A stretch of DNA of 64,000 bases. Source: a virus. The stretch's first letter is position 1. Every line of letters begins with the position of its first letter. The notes under the pieces are model-generated. The model was not told where the DNA came from. It was given only the letters and a program-made list of their open reading frames with translations, and did no database searches. Positions 28,670 through 37,716 of the stretch are shown here, piece by piece. The stretch lies in the IMG/VR virus record IMGVR_UViG_3300025886_000011, positions 10,357 through 74,356 of that record; one strand, 5' to 3'. A program made the translations under genes and the position numbers.

Positions 28670-30418
28670 ATGTACGCAAATCAATTAATCAACGAGGCCG
28701 AGGTTCAAAAGACCTGGGGCCCTATCATTGAGGAAAGTACTGGTATTACTGAAAAGTCTAAGTTATCTTGGATGTCTAAGTACTGTCACTACCACAATCT
28801 TAATGAGAGTGTATATAATACTGTACACTTAAATCCTAACATGAATACTCAAGGTATGGGTGCAACTGCTTTCCCAAGCAATCCTACTACCATGAATAAC
28901 TTCAATGACACTAGTGCTGCTGGTATGACTGCCGGATCTGGAGACAGACCTTTTTCTTTGTTACCACTTGCTATGCAAGTTGCTGCTCAGACTGTAGGTT
29001 TAGACTTAGTACCTGTTGTACCAATGCAAGGCCCTATGGGAGTATTAACTTACCTAGACTTTGTATATGGTGGAGGTAGAACTACTGATGCAGGTGGAAA
29101 AGTAACTGATTCTGCACCATTACTAATTAAAGCTGATTTAACTTTAGCTTCAGGTGTTGCTGCTTTAGCAGTTGACCAATTAGTATATGCTGCTTCAACT
29201 GCTGCTAACAATGCTGCTTACGAATTAACTTACGTAGGAAAATCTAGAATCGATGGTTATTCTATATTCCGTGTAAGAGGTAACGGTGTTGCTACTGATA
29301 CTAACTTTGCACAAGGTGAAGAAGGATATGAAGCTATTTACCAAGCTATTGCTAACGGTGTAGATTTCTATTCTGATATCGCTACTGCTGTTGTTATCGG
29401 TGCATGGGGAGATACTCCTGAATATGTAAAAGCTTTGGAAGACCATATTACTGGTTTCTCAGGTAACGCATTTGAGGATAACAACCCACTACCTGGTGCT
29501 GCTAATGTACCTGGATTCTTAACTGAATCTATCGACGGTAATGATCCATACCAAAGAGGTGTTGGTGAATCTACCCCAGATAACATTATGGGACTAAGCT
29601 TATTCAATAAGTCTGTTGCTGCTAAAACTTTCCAAGTTGCTGCTGCTGTGACTAGAGAACAAGTTCAGGATTTGAAACAATTCGGAATCGACGCAGTTGC
29701 TCAAGTAGAAGCTGTATTGGTAAATGAATTAACTCAATCTATCAACAAATACATCTTGGATAGAATCTTCAGAAATGGAGCTCAAAATGCAGGAAATATT
29801 AATACTGTTGATGGCTTACAGTTATCTGCTTCTTACGGAACAACTGCAGCTCCTGCTGTTGTAATTCCATTAGGACCTGGAAACGATTCTAATACTAATA
29901 TTAATGCAACTGTTGCAAGAACATTAGTTAATGCAGGTGGTGAAACACAAGGAACTTTACAACGTAGGTTGTATACTAAAGTACTTGCTGCTTCTAACCT
30001 AATTGCAACAAGAGGAAGAAGAGGACCTGCTACTTTCGCAGTAACTTCTGGAGAAATTGCTACGGCACTTCAGGATGTTGCAGGATTCGTACCTTACCCA
30101 CTATCAAATACAATCAACCAAGCTGGTGGATCTTTATATCCAATCGGTGCTTTGGCTGGTGTAACTATTTATGTTGATCCAAACATGGCTTGGACTGACT
30201 ATAGAGTTGCTGTAGGTAGAAAAGGTGATGGTAATTCTCCTGGTTTAGTATTCATGCCTTACTTAATGGCTGAATCTGTTGAGACAATCGCAGAAGGAAC
30301 TATGGCTCCTAAAATCGCGGTTAAATCTAGATTCGCTTTAGTAGACGCTGGATTCCACCCAGAAACAATGTATTACACATTAGGTTTTGAATTCCAAGCT
30401 GGTACTAGTATCATCTAA
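28670..30418 (+). CDS. gp23: Major capsid protein
   Basis: KTWGPIIEE, VVPMQGPMG.L.Y, AVTREQ.QDL, EL.Q.IN..I, YMPY-like FMPY, SRFAL. Confidence 0.95.
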   Translation: MYANQLINEAEVQKTWGPIIEESTGITEKSKLSWMSKYCHYHNLNESVYNTVHLNPNMNTQGMGATAFPSNPTTMNNFNDTSAAGMTAGSGDRPFSLLPLAMQVAAQTVGLDLVPVVPMQGPMGVLTYLDFVYGGGRTTDAGGKVTDSAPLLIKADLTLASGVAALAVDQLVYAASTAANNAAYELTYVGKSRIDGYSIFRVRGNGVATDTNFAQGEEGYEAIYQAIANGVDFYSDIATAVVIGAWGDTPEYVKALEDHITGFSGNAFEDNNPLPGAANVPGFLTESIDGNDPYQRGVGESTPDNIMGLSLFNKSVAAKTFQVAAAVTREQVQDLKQFGIDAVAQVEAVLVNELTQSINKYILDRIFRNGAQNAGNINTVDGLQLSASYGTTAAPAVVIPLGPGNDSNTNINATVARTLVNAGGETQGTLQRRLYTKVLAASNLIATRGRRGPATFAVTSGEIATALQDVAGFVPYPLSNTINQAGGSLYPIGALAGVTIYVDPNMAWTDYRVAVGRKGDGNSPGLVFMPYLMAESVETIAEGTMAPKIAVKSRFALVDAGFHPETMYYTLGFEFQAGTSII

Positions 30419-30443
30419 GAATAAAAACTTATAATACAGTTTT

Positions 30444-30474
30444 AAAAGGTTCGCTTAACGGCGGACCTTTTTTT
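30444..30474 (+). terminator. Rho-independent terminator after MCP
   Basis: AAAAGGTTCGC-ttaacg-GCGGACCTTTT(TTT). Confidence 0.88.
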
Positions 30475-30489
30475 GTCTTATATCAGTTG

Positions 30490-30497
30490 AATATATA
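30490..30497 (+). promoter_or_regulatory. Late-type promoter (389-aa protein and metallothionein-like peptide)
   Basis: AATATATA just after the MCP terminator. Confidence 0.6.
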
Positions 30498-30516
30498 AAA
30501 AAATCAATAACTAGAT

Positions 30517-31686
30517 ATGAAAAGAGTAAAATCATACAATCAATTTATAGCTGAATCTAATAAAGGTGTAGATGAAGGTATCACCGATATTAAAGGTATT
30601 GCGTCTAATCCTATAAAATGGAAAAAGATTAAAAATAATGCTAAGAAGTATCAACAGACTAAAGTTCAGGTAGCTTTAAATAATGTTGATTACGAAAAGA
30701 AGAAACAGGCATCTAAAGGAGAATTAGATAAAAAGACTAATGATACATTAAAAGCTGCAAACGCCGCTAAGAATCAGGCGCTTAAAGATAAGGCTTCTGC
30801 AATAGGTCAAAGAATGAAAGATCTTGCTACAACCGATCCACTAAAAAAGGTTGTAACTATTGCAACAACTAAAGCTAACCTAGCAGCAGCTGAAACTGCG
30901 CTTAAAGCAGCAGACGGTGAAGAATCAAAACAACTTAAGATAAGAATTAAAAAATTAGCAGCAACAGCGGCTGATGCTAAAAAGGATCTTCAAGATTATG
31001 AATCTGATAGTGGAGATAAAGAACAGGTTGAATTACCAGGAGAAAAAGAAAGGGCAGCAGCTGCAGAAAAAGAAAAACTTGAAAAAGAAAAAGCTAAGGT
31101 TGCTAAAGAAGCAGTTGAAGGCGAGATTACTAAAGCTAAAGCTGCATATGATAAAGTAAAAGATGGGGAAGATGAAAAGGCTAAATTACAAGCAGAGATT
31201 AAATTTAAACAAGCTCAACAGAAAAAAGCTAAGTTAGATGCTAATGATGAATTATTTCAAGGGCTAGGAGATGACATTGGAGAAATAATGAAAAAGATAA
31301 AGGCACTTGATCCAGATAGTAATACTGAAACAGAGACCGATACTGATACCGATGTTGATGATAATACTCCTGATGATCCAGGTGCAAAATTAGAAGCTGA
31401 TATTAAAGACTTTAATGATAAAGTAGAGGATGAGAGAACTGCAATGAATAAAGCTATTAAAGATTTAGATCAGGCTAAAAGAGATTTAAAAACCGGTAGA
31501 GGTTCTGATGAAAAGGTTCAAAAATTACAAAAGGCAATTGAAGATAGTAAAGAAGACATTGCTGAACTTAGAAAAAAGGAAGCAGATGCTAAAAAGAAAT
31601 TAGCTGCATTACCAGAATCATTCCAACCGCTTGAAGAAACAGTTTCTGAAAAGTTTAGAAGGTTAATGAATAATGTACAAAAATAA
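30517..31686 (+). CDS. Late K/A/E-rich coiled-coil protein, putative internal head protein
   Basis: Late promoter; N-terminal MKRVKSYNQFIAES leader; highly charged helical sequence. Confidence 0.55.
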   Translation: MKRVKSYNQFIAESNKGVDEGITDIKGIASNPIKWKKIKNNAKKYQQTKVQVALNNVDYEKKKQASKGELDKKTNDTLKAANAAKNQALKDKASAIGQRMKDLATTDPLKKVVTIATTKANLAAAETALKAADGEESKQLKIRIKKLAATAADAKKDLQDYESDSGDKEQVELPGEKERAAAAEKEKLEKEKAKVAKEAVEGEITKAKAAYDKVKDGEDEKAKLQAEIKFKQAQQKKAKLDANDELFQGLGDDIGEIMKKIKALDPDSNTETETDTDTDVDDNTPDDPGAKLEADIKDFNDKVEDERTAMNKAIKDLDQAKRDLKTGRGSDEKVQKLQKAIEDSKEDIAELRKKEADAKKKLAALPESFQPLEETVSEKFRRLMNNVQK

Positions 31687-31694
31687 TTATTAAT

Positions 31695-31760
31695 ATGAAA
31701 TGTGATTGTAAAGTATGTAAATGTGGAACATCATGTAGTTGTGAATGTTGCAACTGTTAA
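31695..31760 (+). CDS. 21-aa, 9-Cys metallothionein-like peptide (absent from ORF track)
   Basis: MKCDCKVCKCGTSCSCECCNC*; fills the gap between two genes (8 nt and 9 nt spacers) with an A/T-rich start context. Confidence 0.75.
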   Translation: MKCDCKVCKCGTSCSCECCNC

Positions 31761-31769
31761 ATAGACACT

Positions 31770-32261
31770 ATGTATAAAGTTCGTAAGATAAACTTTGGAT
31801 GGTATAAAAGGAGGCATGGAATTCTATTGGAGAATCTGCCTCCTTTGAAGCGAAAACTTTTACTAGAAAATAATCATATGAAATGGTTAGATTCTGATGT
31901 AGATGCTTTTGAAATTATATTTAAGGTCGAGGATATGAATGAACATGAAAAGAATCCTAACCGTATACTTTGGAATCCTTTTAGAGAAACTTTTACAAAT
32001 ATTAAAGAATTAGAAAAAGACTCTGATCTTGTTGATTGGAATTGTGGTATTTGTAAAACTGAGATTAAATCAAGAATGGACTCTAAGAAGGTTGAAAATT
32101 TTGTTTGTAATAAGTGTTCTGAATCACATAACTCATCAAATAAAAGAGTTGATCAAAGAATAATAGATTCATCAATCAACTTTACTAAACGCTGTAAAAC
32201 CTTATTAAAAGGTGAACAGAGGGAGTTCATGACTTACATAAGAAGATCATCTAAGGGATAG
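31770..32261 (+). CDS. Hypothetical protein with zinc ribbon
   Basis: CGIC...CNKC. Confidence 0.6.
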   Translation: MYKVRKINFGWYKRRHGILLENLPPLKRKLLLENNHMKWLDSDVDAFEIIFKVEDMNEHEKNPNRILWNPFRETFTNIKELEKDSDLVDWNCGICKTEIKSRMDSKKVENFVCNKCSESHNSSNKRVDQRIIDSSINFTKRCKTLLKGEQREFMTYIRRSSKG

Positions 32262-33041
32262 AGCTTCTTCTATGGTTATTTTTTTAAATGAATCTAATTT
32301 GCTTGTAGGGCATGCATTAAAAATCTCTATACCTTTACCTTTAATATGTTCTTTTAGAATATTAAAACCTGGTAAGAAATGTTTGTTGTAAATGTTATCG
32401 GATGTTGCGTTAATTGGATATCCATCATGATAATGACTAGAGCTTCCAACATTTCCCATATCATAACCTAATAAAACTATTCTTTTGGATCCTAGATGTA
32501 ATGCTAAGTTAATAGCAGCATAACCACTATTCATACCATGGGATAAGGTATTTAAGGAAGTACTTAGTCCATATTTTTCACCTCTCTTTAGTAAGTGAAT
32601 ATCCTCACTCATTTCTCGTCTAGGTGCAATTGTATATTTTAAACCTTTGAAACTATCAATATCTTTTTTATGCCAATTATAAAATCTGCCATCGGTCCAA
32701 TAGACAGCATCTGCGTTTGGATAACTTAAAAGAGATTTATTTATAGCTATGGTTTTTTTATTATTTAGCTCAGACCATTTAAAATTCTTTAATGAAGGAC
32801 CTCCTCCAATAATATACACAGTATCGCTAGCATTCCATATTTTAGTTATTGGTTTAAAAACCGTAGGCTGTTTAAATTTAGGTTGTACATTACTTCTACG
32901 AATAGCTGCAACACTAGCAGGTTTTGAAGGTTTATTTACATGGACTTGTACAGGGCCTCTAGTTATATTACTTTTAACATTACTAGATACAGCCGGGTCT
33001 ACTTTAACCTTTATAACCTTTCGTATTTTTCTAGGACTCAT
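32247..33041 (-). CDS. DUF115/Maf-like (GT29-fold) putative ulosonic-acid transferase with basic N-terminal extension
   Basis: YIIGGGPSL, TIAINKS, NSGYAAINLALHLG.KRIVLLGYDM and IFNAC motifs. Confidence 0.75.
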   Translation of the reverse strand: MSPRKIRKVIKVKVDPAVSSNVKSNITRGPVQVHVNKPSKPASVAAIRRSNVQPKFKQPTVFKPITKIWNASDTVYIIGGGPSLKNFKWSELNNKKTIAINKSLLSYPNADAVYWTDGRFYNWHKKDIDSFKGLKYTIAPRREMSEDIHLLKRGEKYGLSTSLNTLSHGMNSGYAAINLALHLGSKRIVLLGYDMGNVGSSSHYHDGYPINATSDNIYNKHFLPGFNILKEHIKGKGIEIFNACPTSKLDSFKKITIEEALSLR

Positions 33042-33056
33042 TAAATAGATTTTTTT

Positions 33057-33064
33057 TATTTATT
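33057..33064 (-). promoter_or_regulatory. Late-type promoter for the inverted DUF115-like gene
   Basis: AATAAATA on the minus strand, 15 nt before the ATG. Confidence 0.45.
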
Positions 33065-33069
33065 TACAT

Positions 33070-33097
33070 TGAAACAAATGCTATTTTTTCCATATAA
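33070..33097 (+). promoter_or_regulatory. Middle-type promoter (clamp loader)
   Basis: TGAAAC-N16-ATATAA(AAATAA). Confidence 0.7.
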
Positions 33098-33115
33098 AAA
33101 TAAATCAAACTAAAT

Positions 33116-34078
33116 ATGAAGAATATCCAAAATGTACTATTAACAGAGAAGTACAGACCACAATCCTTAGATGATTTAATTACGCCACAGAGAGTTGGGG
33201 AAAAGCTAAGCAAAGGAGTTTATCAACATCTATTACTTCATGGTAGTCCAGGTACTGGTAAAACATCTGCTGCTAAGGTACTGGTAAAACATTTTAAGCA
33301 TCCATACCTTTATATTAATGCGTCAACAGATACTTCAGTAGATGTTGTAAGAAATAGAATTACTGATTTTTGCGCTAATCGTTCTATAATGGATGAGCCA
33401 GGAAAAATGAAAGTAATTATACTTGATGAGATTGATGGTGTATCTGATCAATTCTTTAAAGCACTAAGAGCTACTATGGATCAATTTGCTGTAAACGCAA
33501 GATTCGTTGCAACATGTAATTATATTAATAAAGTACCAGATCCAATTCAATCAAGATTTGAAATGATTGATTTTGATTTTAGTAAAGAAGAAGAAACTGA
33601 AATAATGAAAAGTTACATTATGAGGATTTTTCAAATATGCAAAGAAGAAGGTATTGGGATTGATAAACACGCGGCGGTTGAATTAGTAAAAAGAAAATTT
33701 CCTGATTTGCGAAATATGTTAAATCAGTTACAAGGATTTAAATCACAAGGTGTAGAAACTATAACAGTTGAAAACATTAAACAATTCAGTTCAGTATATA
33801 AAGATATTTATGATCTTGTTATTGATGGAGAAGATCCTGTAAAAAATTATCAATATATGTTATCTAATTATGCAAATAGAACTGATGATGTTTTATCTTC
33901 TTTAGGCGCAGAATTTATAGATTTTATAAAACAAGATAGACAATCATATACACAATTTATTCCACAGATAATTGTAACGGTTGCAAAATATCAGGCACAA
34001 CGGCAACAGGTAATTGATCCTGCAGTATCAATGCTCGCTTGTATATATGAATTACAAACAATAGTAAACGGGGCATAA
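33116..34078 (+). CDS. gp44: Clamp loader large subunit
   Basis: EKYRPQSL, GSPGTGKT, ILDEID, ATCNY and SRF (RFC boxes). Confidence 0.93.
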   Translation: MKNIQNVLLTEKYRPQSLDDLITPQRVGEKLSKGVYQHLLLHGSPGTGKTSAAKVLVKHFKHPYLYINASTDTSVDVVRNRITDFCANRSIMDEPGKMKVIILDEIDGVSDQFFKALRATMDQFAVNARFVATCNYINKVPDPIQSRFEMIDFDFSKEEETEIMKSYIMRIFQICKEEGIGIDKHAAVELVKRKFPDLRNMLNQLQGFKSQGVETITVENIKQFSSVYKDIYDLVIDGEDPVKNYQYMLSNYANRTDDVLSSLGAEFIDFIKQDRQSYTQFIPQIIVTVAKYQAQRQQVIDPAVSMLACIYELQTIVNGA

Positions 34079-34734
34079 TGGCATACGGAGTATATAAAAA
34101 TACGGAAGAGTTCGAAGAGCAGTTAGCACAATACACTGGTTCTAAATATGCAGTGACATTAGATAATATGAGTAACGGTTTATTCCTTGCTTTATATTAT
34201 GAGAATCATGTTAATAAATCTATAGTAGGTGATTCTATAATAATTCCGAATAGAACTTACCCATCAGTCCCTTGTGAAATAATCCATGCAGGGTTAAAGG
34301 TTAAGTGGAATAAAAAACACCCACAGGTTTTAAAGGGTAAATTAACTGGTGCATATCAATTAAAAGGATCTAATGTTTGGGATTCAGCATTAACATTTAC
34401 TGCAGATATGTATAAACCTTCTACTCATATGTGTGTATCGTTTACTGGACCTTTTAAACATTTTAAATTATCTAAAGGCGGTGCAATACTAACTGATAGT
34501 TTAAAAGCATACCATTGGTTTAAAAGAGCAAGGTATTCAGGTCGTAGGGAATGTTCTTATCATGATGATAATTTTGATATGATTGGTTGGAATTTTTATA
34601 TGATGCCAGAATTAGCAGCAAGAGGATTATTATTAATGAACCAATTTTATAACCAGGACGGTACTAAAAAGCATCAAGAAGATTTAACATTACCTTATCC
34701 TGATTTATCAAAATTTAAAATATACGAAAAATGA
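34078..34734 (+). CDS. DegT/DnrJ/EryC1/StrS PLP-dependent sugar aminotransferase (short form)
   Basis: FEEQLAQYTG.KYAV, WDSA, SF..KH..GGAILTD. Confidence 0.85.
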   Translation: MAYGVYKNTEEFEEQLAQYTGSKYAVTLDNMSNGLFLALYYENHVNKSIVGDSIIIPNRTYPSVPCEIIHAGLKVKWNKKHPQVLKGKLTGAYQLKGSNVWDSALTFTADMYKPSTHMCVSFTGPFKHFKLSKGGAILTDSLKAYHWFKRARYSGRRECSYHDDNFDMIGWNFYMMPELAARGLLLMNQFYNQDGTKKHQEDLTLPYPDLSKFKIYEK

Positions 34735-34886
34735 CAGAAGAATTTTTAGAAAAACTTATAATTAAATATCCTAATTTCATGGAGCTAGGTGCAGCTGTTA
34801 CCAGATATAAGTCACTTCTTAATGATGGAATAGATATAAAAGAAATTGAAAAACAAACTTTATCAGGTTCTTTCAGAACTCTGTAA
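34731..34886 (+). CDS. Small hypothetical protein (51 aa)
   Basis: ATG overlaps the upstream stop (ATGA); MTEEFLEKLIIKYPNF...; fills the intergenic gap. Confidence 0.55.
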   Translation: MTEEFLEKLIIKYPNFMELGAAVTRYKSLLNDGIDIKEIEKQTLSGSFRTL

Positions 34887-34919
34887 AACTTGTTATATTT
34901 TAATTAAACACTACATAAT

Positions 34920-36143
34920 ATGAAGAAAACTGGCAGACATACATTTGTAATAGATGGTAATTATTTTCTATTTAGAACATTATATGTAATACCTACAAGA
35001 TCTAAAGAAAAAGGTTTATTAGGTACAGAAGAAGATGTACAGGCTTTTGTTAAAAAATTGGCAACTGACTTTGCATATCAAATTAGATTATTTGAAGGTC
35101 TTATCGATAAGGTTGTTTGGACGGTAGATTCAAGATCATGGAGAAAAGACTTTTACCCAGAGGCAGAATATAAAGGTAATCGTAAACAAAACGATGCTCT
35201 TAACTGGGAGAACTTTTCAAAAGCAACAGCTGACTTTATTTCTATTTTGTCTAAGCAAGGTGTTATCATTTCAAAAATTGACGGAGCCGAAGGTGACGAT
35301 TTAATGTATGCATGGAATACTGAATGTCTTGCAAATGACAAATCAGTTATTATGTTTACTGGAGATAGAGACTTAGTTCAATTAGTAGATAAGAGCAAAA
35401 GCAATCATACTCATACTATTCTATTTTCACCAGCCCATAAAAAATTATATACTTACCAAGGTTTTTCTGAATGGATGGATTCTCAAACTGAAGAAGAACA
35501 ATCTGATGATATATTTGATGTACTAAAAACTTCTGTATCACCAGAGAATCAGGCTAAGAAATTACTTAAAGCATTGGTCGCAAAGAAAAAGGTTTCTATT
35601 ATAGAGGTTGATCCTGAAGACTTCCGTTTCCGTAAAGTCCTCACAGGAGATGCTGGTGATAATGTACCACCTGCTTACTATTATAAAAAAGGTAATAGGA
35701 GATATGGTATCAGTGAAAACAAGGCAACTGCTATCATCGCTGAGTTCAAAGAAAAACATGGCCACTTGTCTCATATGTATCTTTATAATGATGAGTATAT
35801 TACTGACCTTGCAAATATGACCGTAAGAGTTATGAATGCAAAACATATGAGCAGAGAACAGATTATTACTAATCTAAAATCTAATGTTAATCTTATGGTA
35901 CTTGCTGCTGAATCAATACCAGAAGGTATCCTAGATGAAATGTTTAAATCAGTAGAATCAAAAATGAATGTAAAAGGTTTGCAATTAAAAACGATCTCTA
36001 CAATGAAATCTATTTTAGAGAATACTGAATACTCAAAAGAAACTGATAGTTCTTTTAAGGCTGCATTCTTTAAAGATGATGATAGTGATTCTGATGATAT
36101 GTCTTTTATAAAAGGTGGTAAAAAACAAGATAAGATTTTTTAA
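34920..36143 (+). CDS. rnh: RNase H / 5'-3' flap exonuclease
   Basis: VIDGN, SWRK..Y..YKGNR, EGDD, GDRD..QL, GDAGDNVP. Confidence 0.9.
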   Translation: MKKTGRHTFVIDGNYFLFRTLYVIPTRSKEKGLLGTEEDVQAFVKKLATDFAYQIRLFEGLIDKVVWTVDSRSWRKDFYPEAEYKGNRKQNDALNWENFSKATADFISILSKQGVIISKIDGAEGDDLMYAWNTECLANDKSVIMFTGDRDLVQLVDKSKSNHTHTILFSPAHKKLYTYQGFSEWMDSQTEEEQSDDIFDVLKTSVSPENQAKKLLKALVAKKKVSIIEVDPEDFRFRKVLTGDAGDNVPPAYYYKKGNRRYGISENKATAIIAEFKEKHGHLSHMYLYNDEYITDLANMTVRVMNAKHMSREQIITNLKSNVNLMVLAAESIPEGILDEMFKSVESKMNVKGLQLKTISTMKSILENTEYSKETDSSFKAAFFKDDDSDSDDMSFIKGGKKQDKIF

Positions 36144-36167
36144 ACTTTTTACTTTTTCTTCATATAA
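36141..36167 (+). promoter_or_regulatory. Middle-type promoter (gp62-like)
   Basis: TAAAC-N16-ATATAA. Confidence 0.65.
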
Positions 36168-36182
36168 ATATAAAATAACTCA

Positions 36183-36599
36183 ATGAAATTATTTGACTAT
36201 ATAAAAGTACTTTTCGGTAAAGATGTTAATTGGGATAAGGTATCTAATTATGATAAATCTAAAAATTCATTTATGACTAATAGGTTTATGAGTATTAAGT
36301 TCCCTATCCAAGCGAATATGTTTAATACATTAAAAATAGATCCTGTTGGTCAAGCTGAATCATGGAGATTAATATCTTCTAAATTTAATAGAGTACCAGG
36401 CTTTATTTATACAAAAGTAAAAAAGACACCTAAACAAAAAGCAAAAGAATGGAATCCTAATCCAGCTGCAAAAGAGATGTATATGAAATTTAACGAAATA
36501 GGTGAAAGAGAATATAGAGAAGCTCTAAAACATAACCCATCACTAATTAAGTCCTCGATAGATACATTAGAAAAACAAATGGGTAAAGATGTTAATTGA
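36183..36599 (+). CDS. gp62: Clamp loader small subunit (gp62-like)
   Basis: FMTNRFMS..ANMFN pattern; size; middle-type promoter. Confidence 0.55.
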   Translation: MKLFDYIKVLFGKDVNWDKVSNYDKSKNSFMTNRFMSIKFPIQANMFNTLKIDPVGQAESWRLISSKFNRVPGFIYTKVKKTPKQKAKEWNPNPAAKEMYMKFNEIGEREYREALKHNPSLIKSSIDTLEKQMGKDVN

Positions 36600-37254
36600 T
36601 AATAAATTTGAGTTAGGCATCCCTACACATATTATGTTTACTTTGTATAAGTATGATTACTTTGATAGTATTATTATAAACAGAGTAAAAAAGGAATGCA
36701 AAAATCTATCAAAGATAGACGGCGAAATTACTGTTAAGCTATCATCTTTCTTAACTGCTGTTAAAACTAGTAAGAGACTTAGCGGTGAAATCAAAAAAGC
36801 AGAAGACTTTGGGTATATTCCAAACCCTAATATTAAACCTAATTCAATTTATTTTCTATTCTCTATTTTTAACAGGCTTGAGAATTTAGATTTTTTAACA
36901 TTTAAAGTTAATGATGATAAACACTTTAGTAGGTTAATTAAAGGTGAAAGAGGTGCTCCTATTTTAAGTTTTCATTTTAATATAATTGAAGGTATCTTTG
37001 ATTTAACTAGGCTAATGGATAGAACAGAGTTAGACACCTTTAATAAAACACTGATTGATTTTAAGATATTAAAAAATAAATATCTAGAGAGAAAGCCATA
37101 TTTCTATATGAAAGCTACTGCAATTATTGATATTTTGACATCAATGGATATAGAAGGCAAATTAAGTACCTTCAGCATATTGGATAGAATTGATCAAAAG
37201 CTTGAAGAAGACGATCCTATCTTAATCGTAAAGACAGACTATACTCCATATTAG
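36589..37254 (+). CDS. Hypothetical protein
   Basis: 221 aa ORF overlapping the upstream stop. Confidence 0.6.
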   Translation: MLIDNKFELGIPTHIMFTLYKYDYFDSIIINRVKKECKNLSKIDGEITVKLSSFLTAVKTSKRLSGEIKKAEDFGYIPNPNIKPNSIYFLFSIFNRLENLDFLTFKVNDDKHFSRLIKGERGAPILSFHFNIIEGIFDLTRLMDRTELDTFNKTLIDFKILKNKYLERKPYFYMKATAIIDILTSMDIEGKLSTFSILDRIDQKLEEDDPILIVKTDYTPY

Positions 37255-37260
37255 TAGCTG

Positions 37261-37268
37261 AATATATA
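37261..37268 (+). promoter_or_regulatory. Late-type promoter (membrane protein and neck)
   Basis: AATATATA. Confidence 0.6.
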
Positions 37269-37287
37269 AACAAATAATGTTTGTATT

Positions 37288-37713
37288 ATGAAATCATTTA
37301 TTAATCGCTGTTGTGAATCAAAGCGTGAATGCGTTACATACTTAGTAGTCTTTTTATGGGTTGCTGTTGGTGTTACTGCTACATATTTTGATACTGACTT
37401 TACTCAATTAGCCGGATATTTTATTTCTTTAACAGGATTTGTAGCATCATACATCTTTGGTGAAAGTATGAGACCTAGTGAAGATAGTTCTATTTTTAGA
37501 AAAGGAAAAAATAGCAAGAGAGAAAATCTTATGTATATTACAATTGCTTTATGGACTATTATAGGAGTATGGGTAATTGTTAAGAATGCTGATCTTATGG
37601 GTGCAGCGGCATACTTTGCAGCACTAACACCTTTTGTAGGTTCTTATATAATTGGAGAAACTTTTAAAAAGGAAGGTAATTCAAAAAGTTCATACGAACA
37701 AATAAACTCTTAA
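37288..37713 (+). CDS. Four-TM membrane protein with internal duplication (holin candidate)
   Basis: KRE..Y..LW..G...A.YF..LT.FV.SYI.GE repeated with a 65-aa offset; late promoter. Confidence 0.6.
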   Translation: MKSFINRCCESKRECVTYLVVFLWVAVGVTATYFDTDFTQLAGYFISLTGFVASYIFGESMRPSEDSSIFRKGKNSKRENLMYITIALWTIIGVWVIVKNADLMGAAAYFAALTPFVGSYIIGETFKKEGNSKSSYEQINS

Positions 37714-37716
37714 TCA

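Noticed and set aside
31321-31370. TETETDTDTDVDD low-complexity run
   Set aside because: A short acidic linker within an ORF; no sign of phase variation or a separate function.
34884-34910. TAAAAC upstream of rnh as a middle promoter
   Set aside because: No ATATAA at 16-17 nt spacing.
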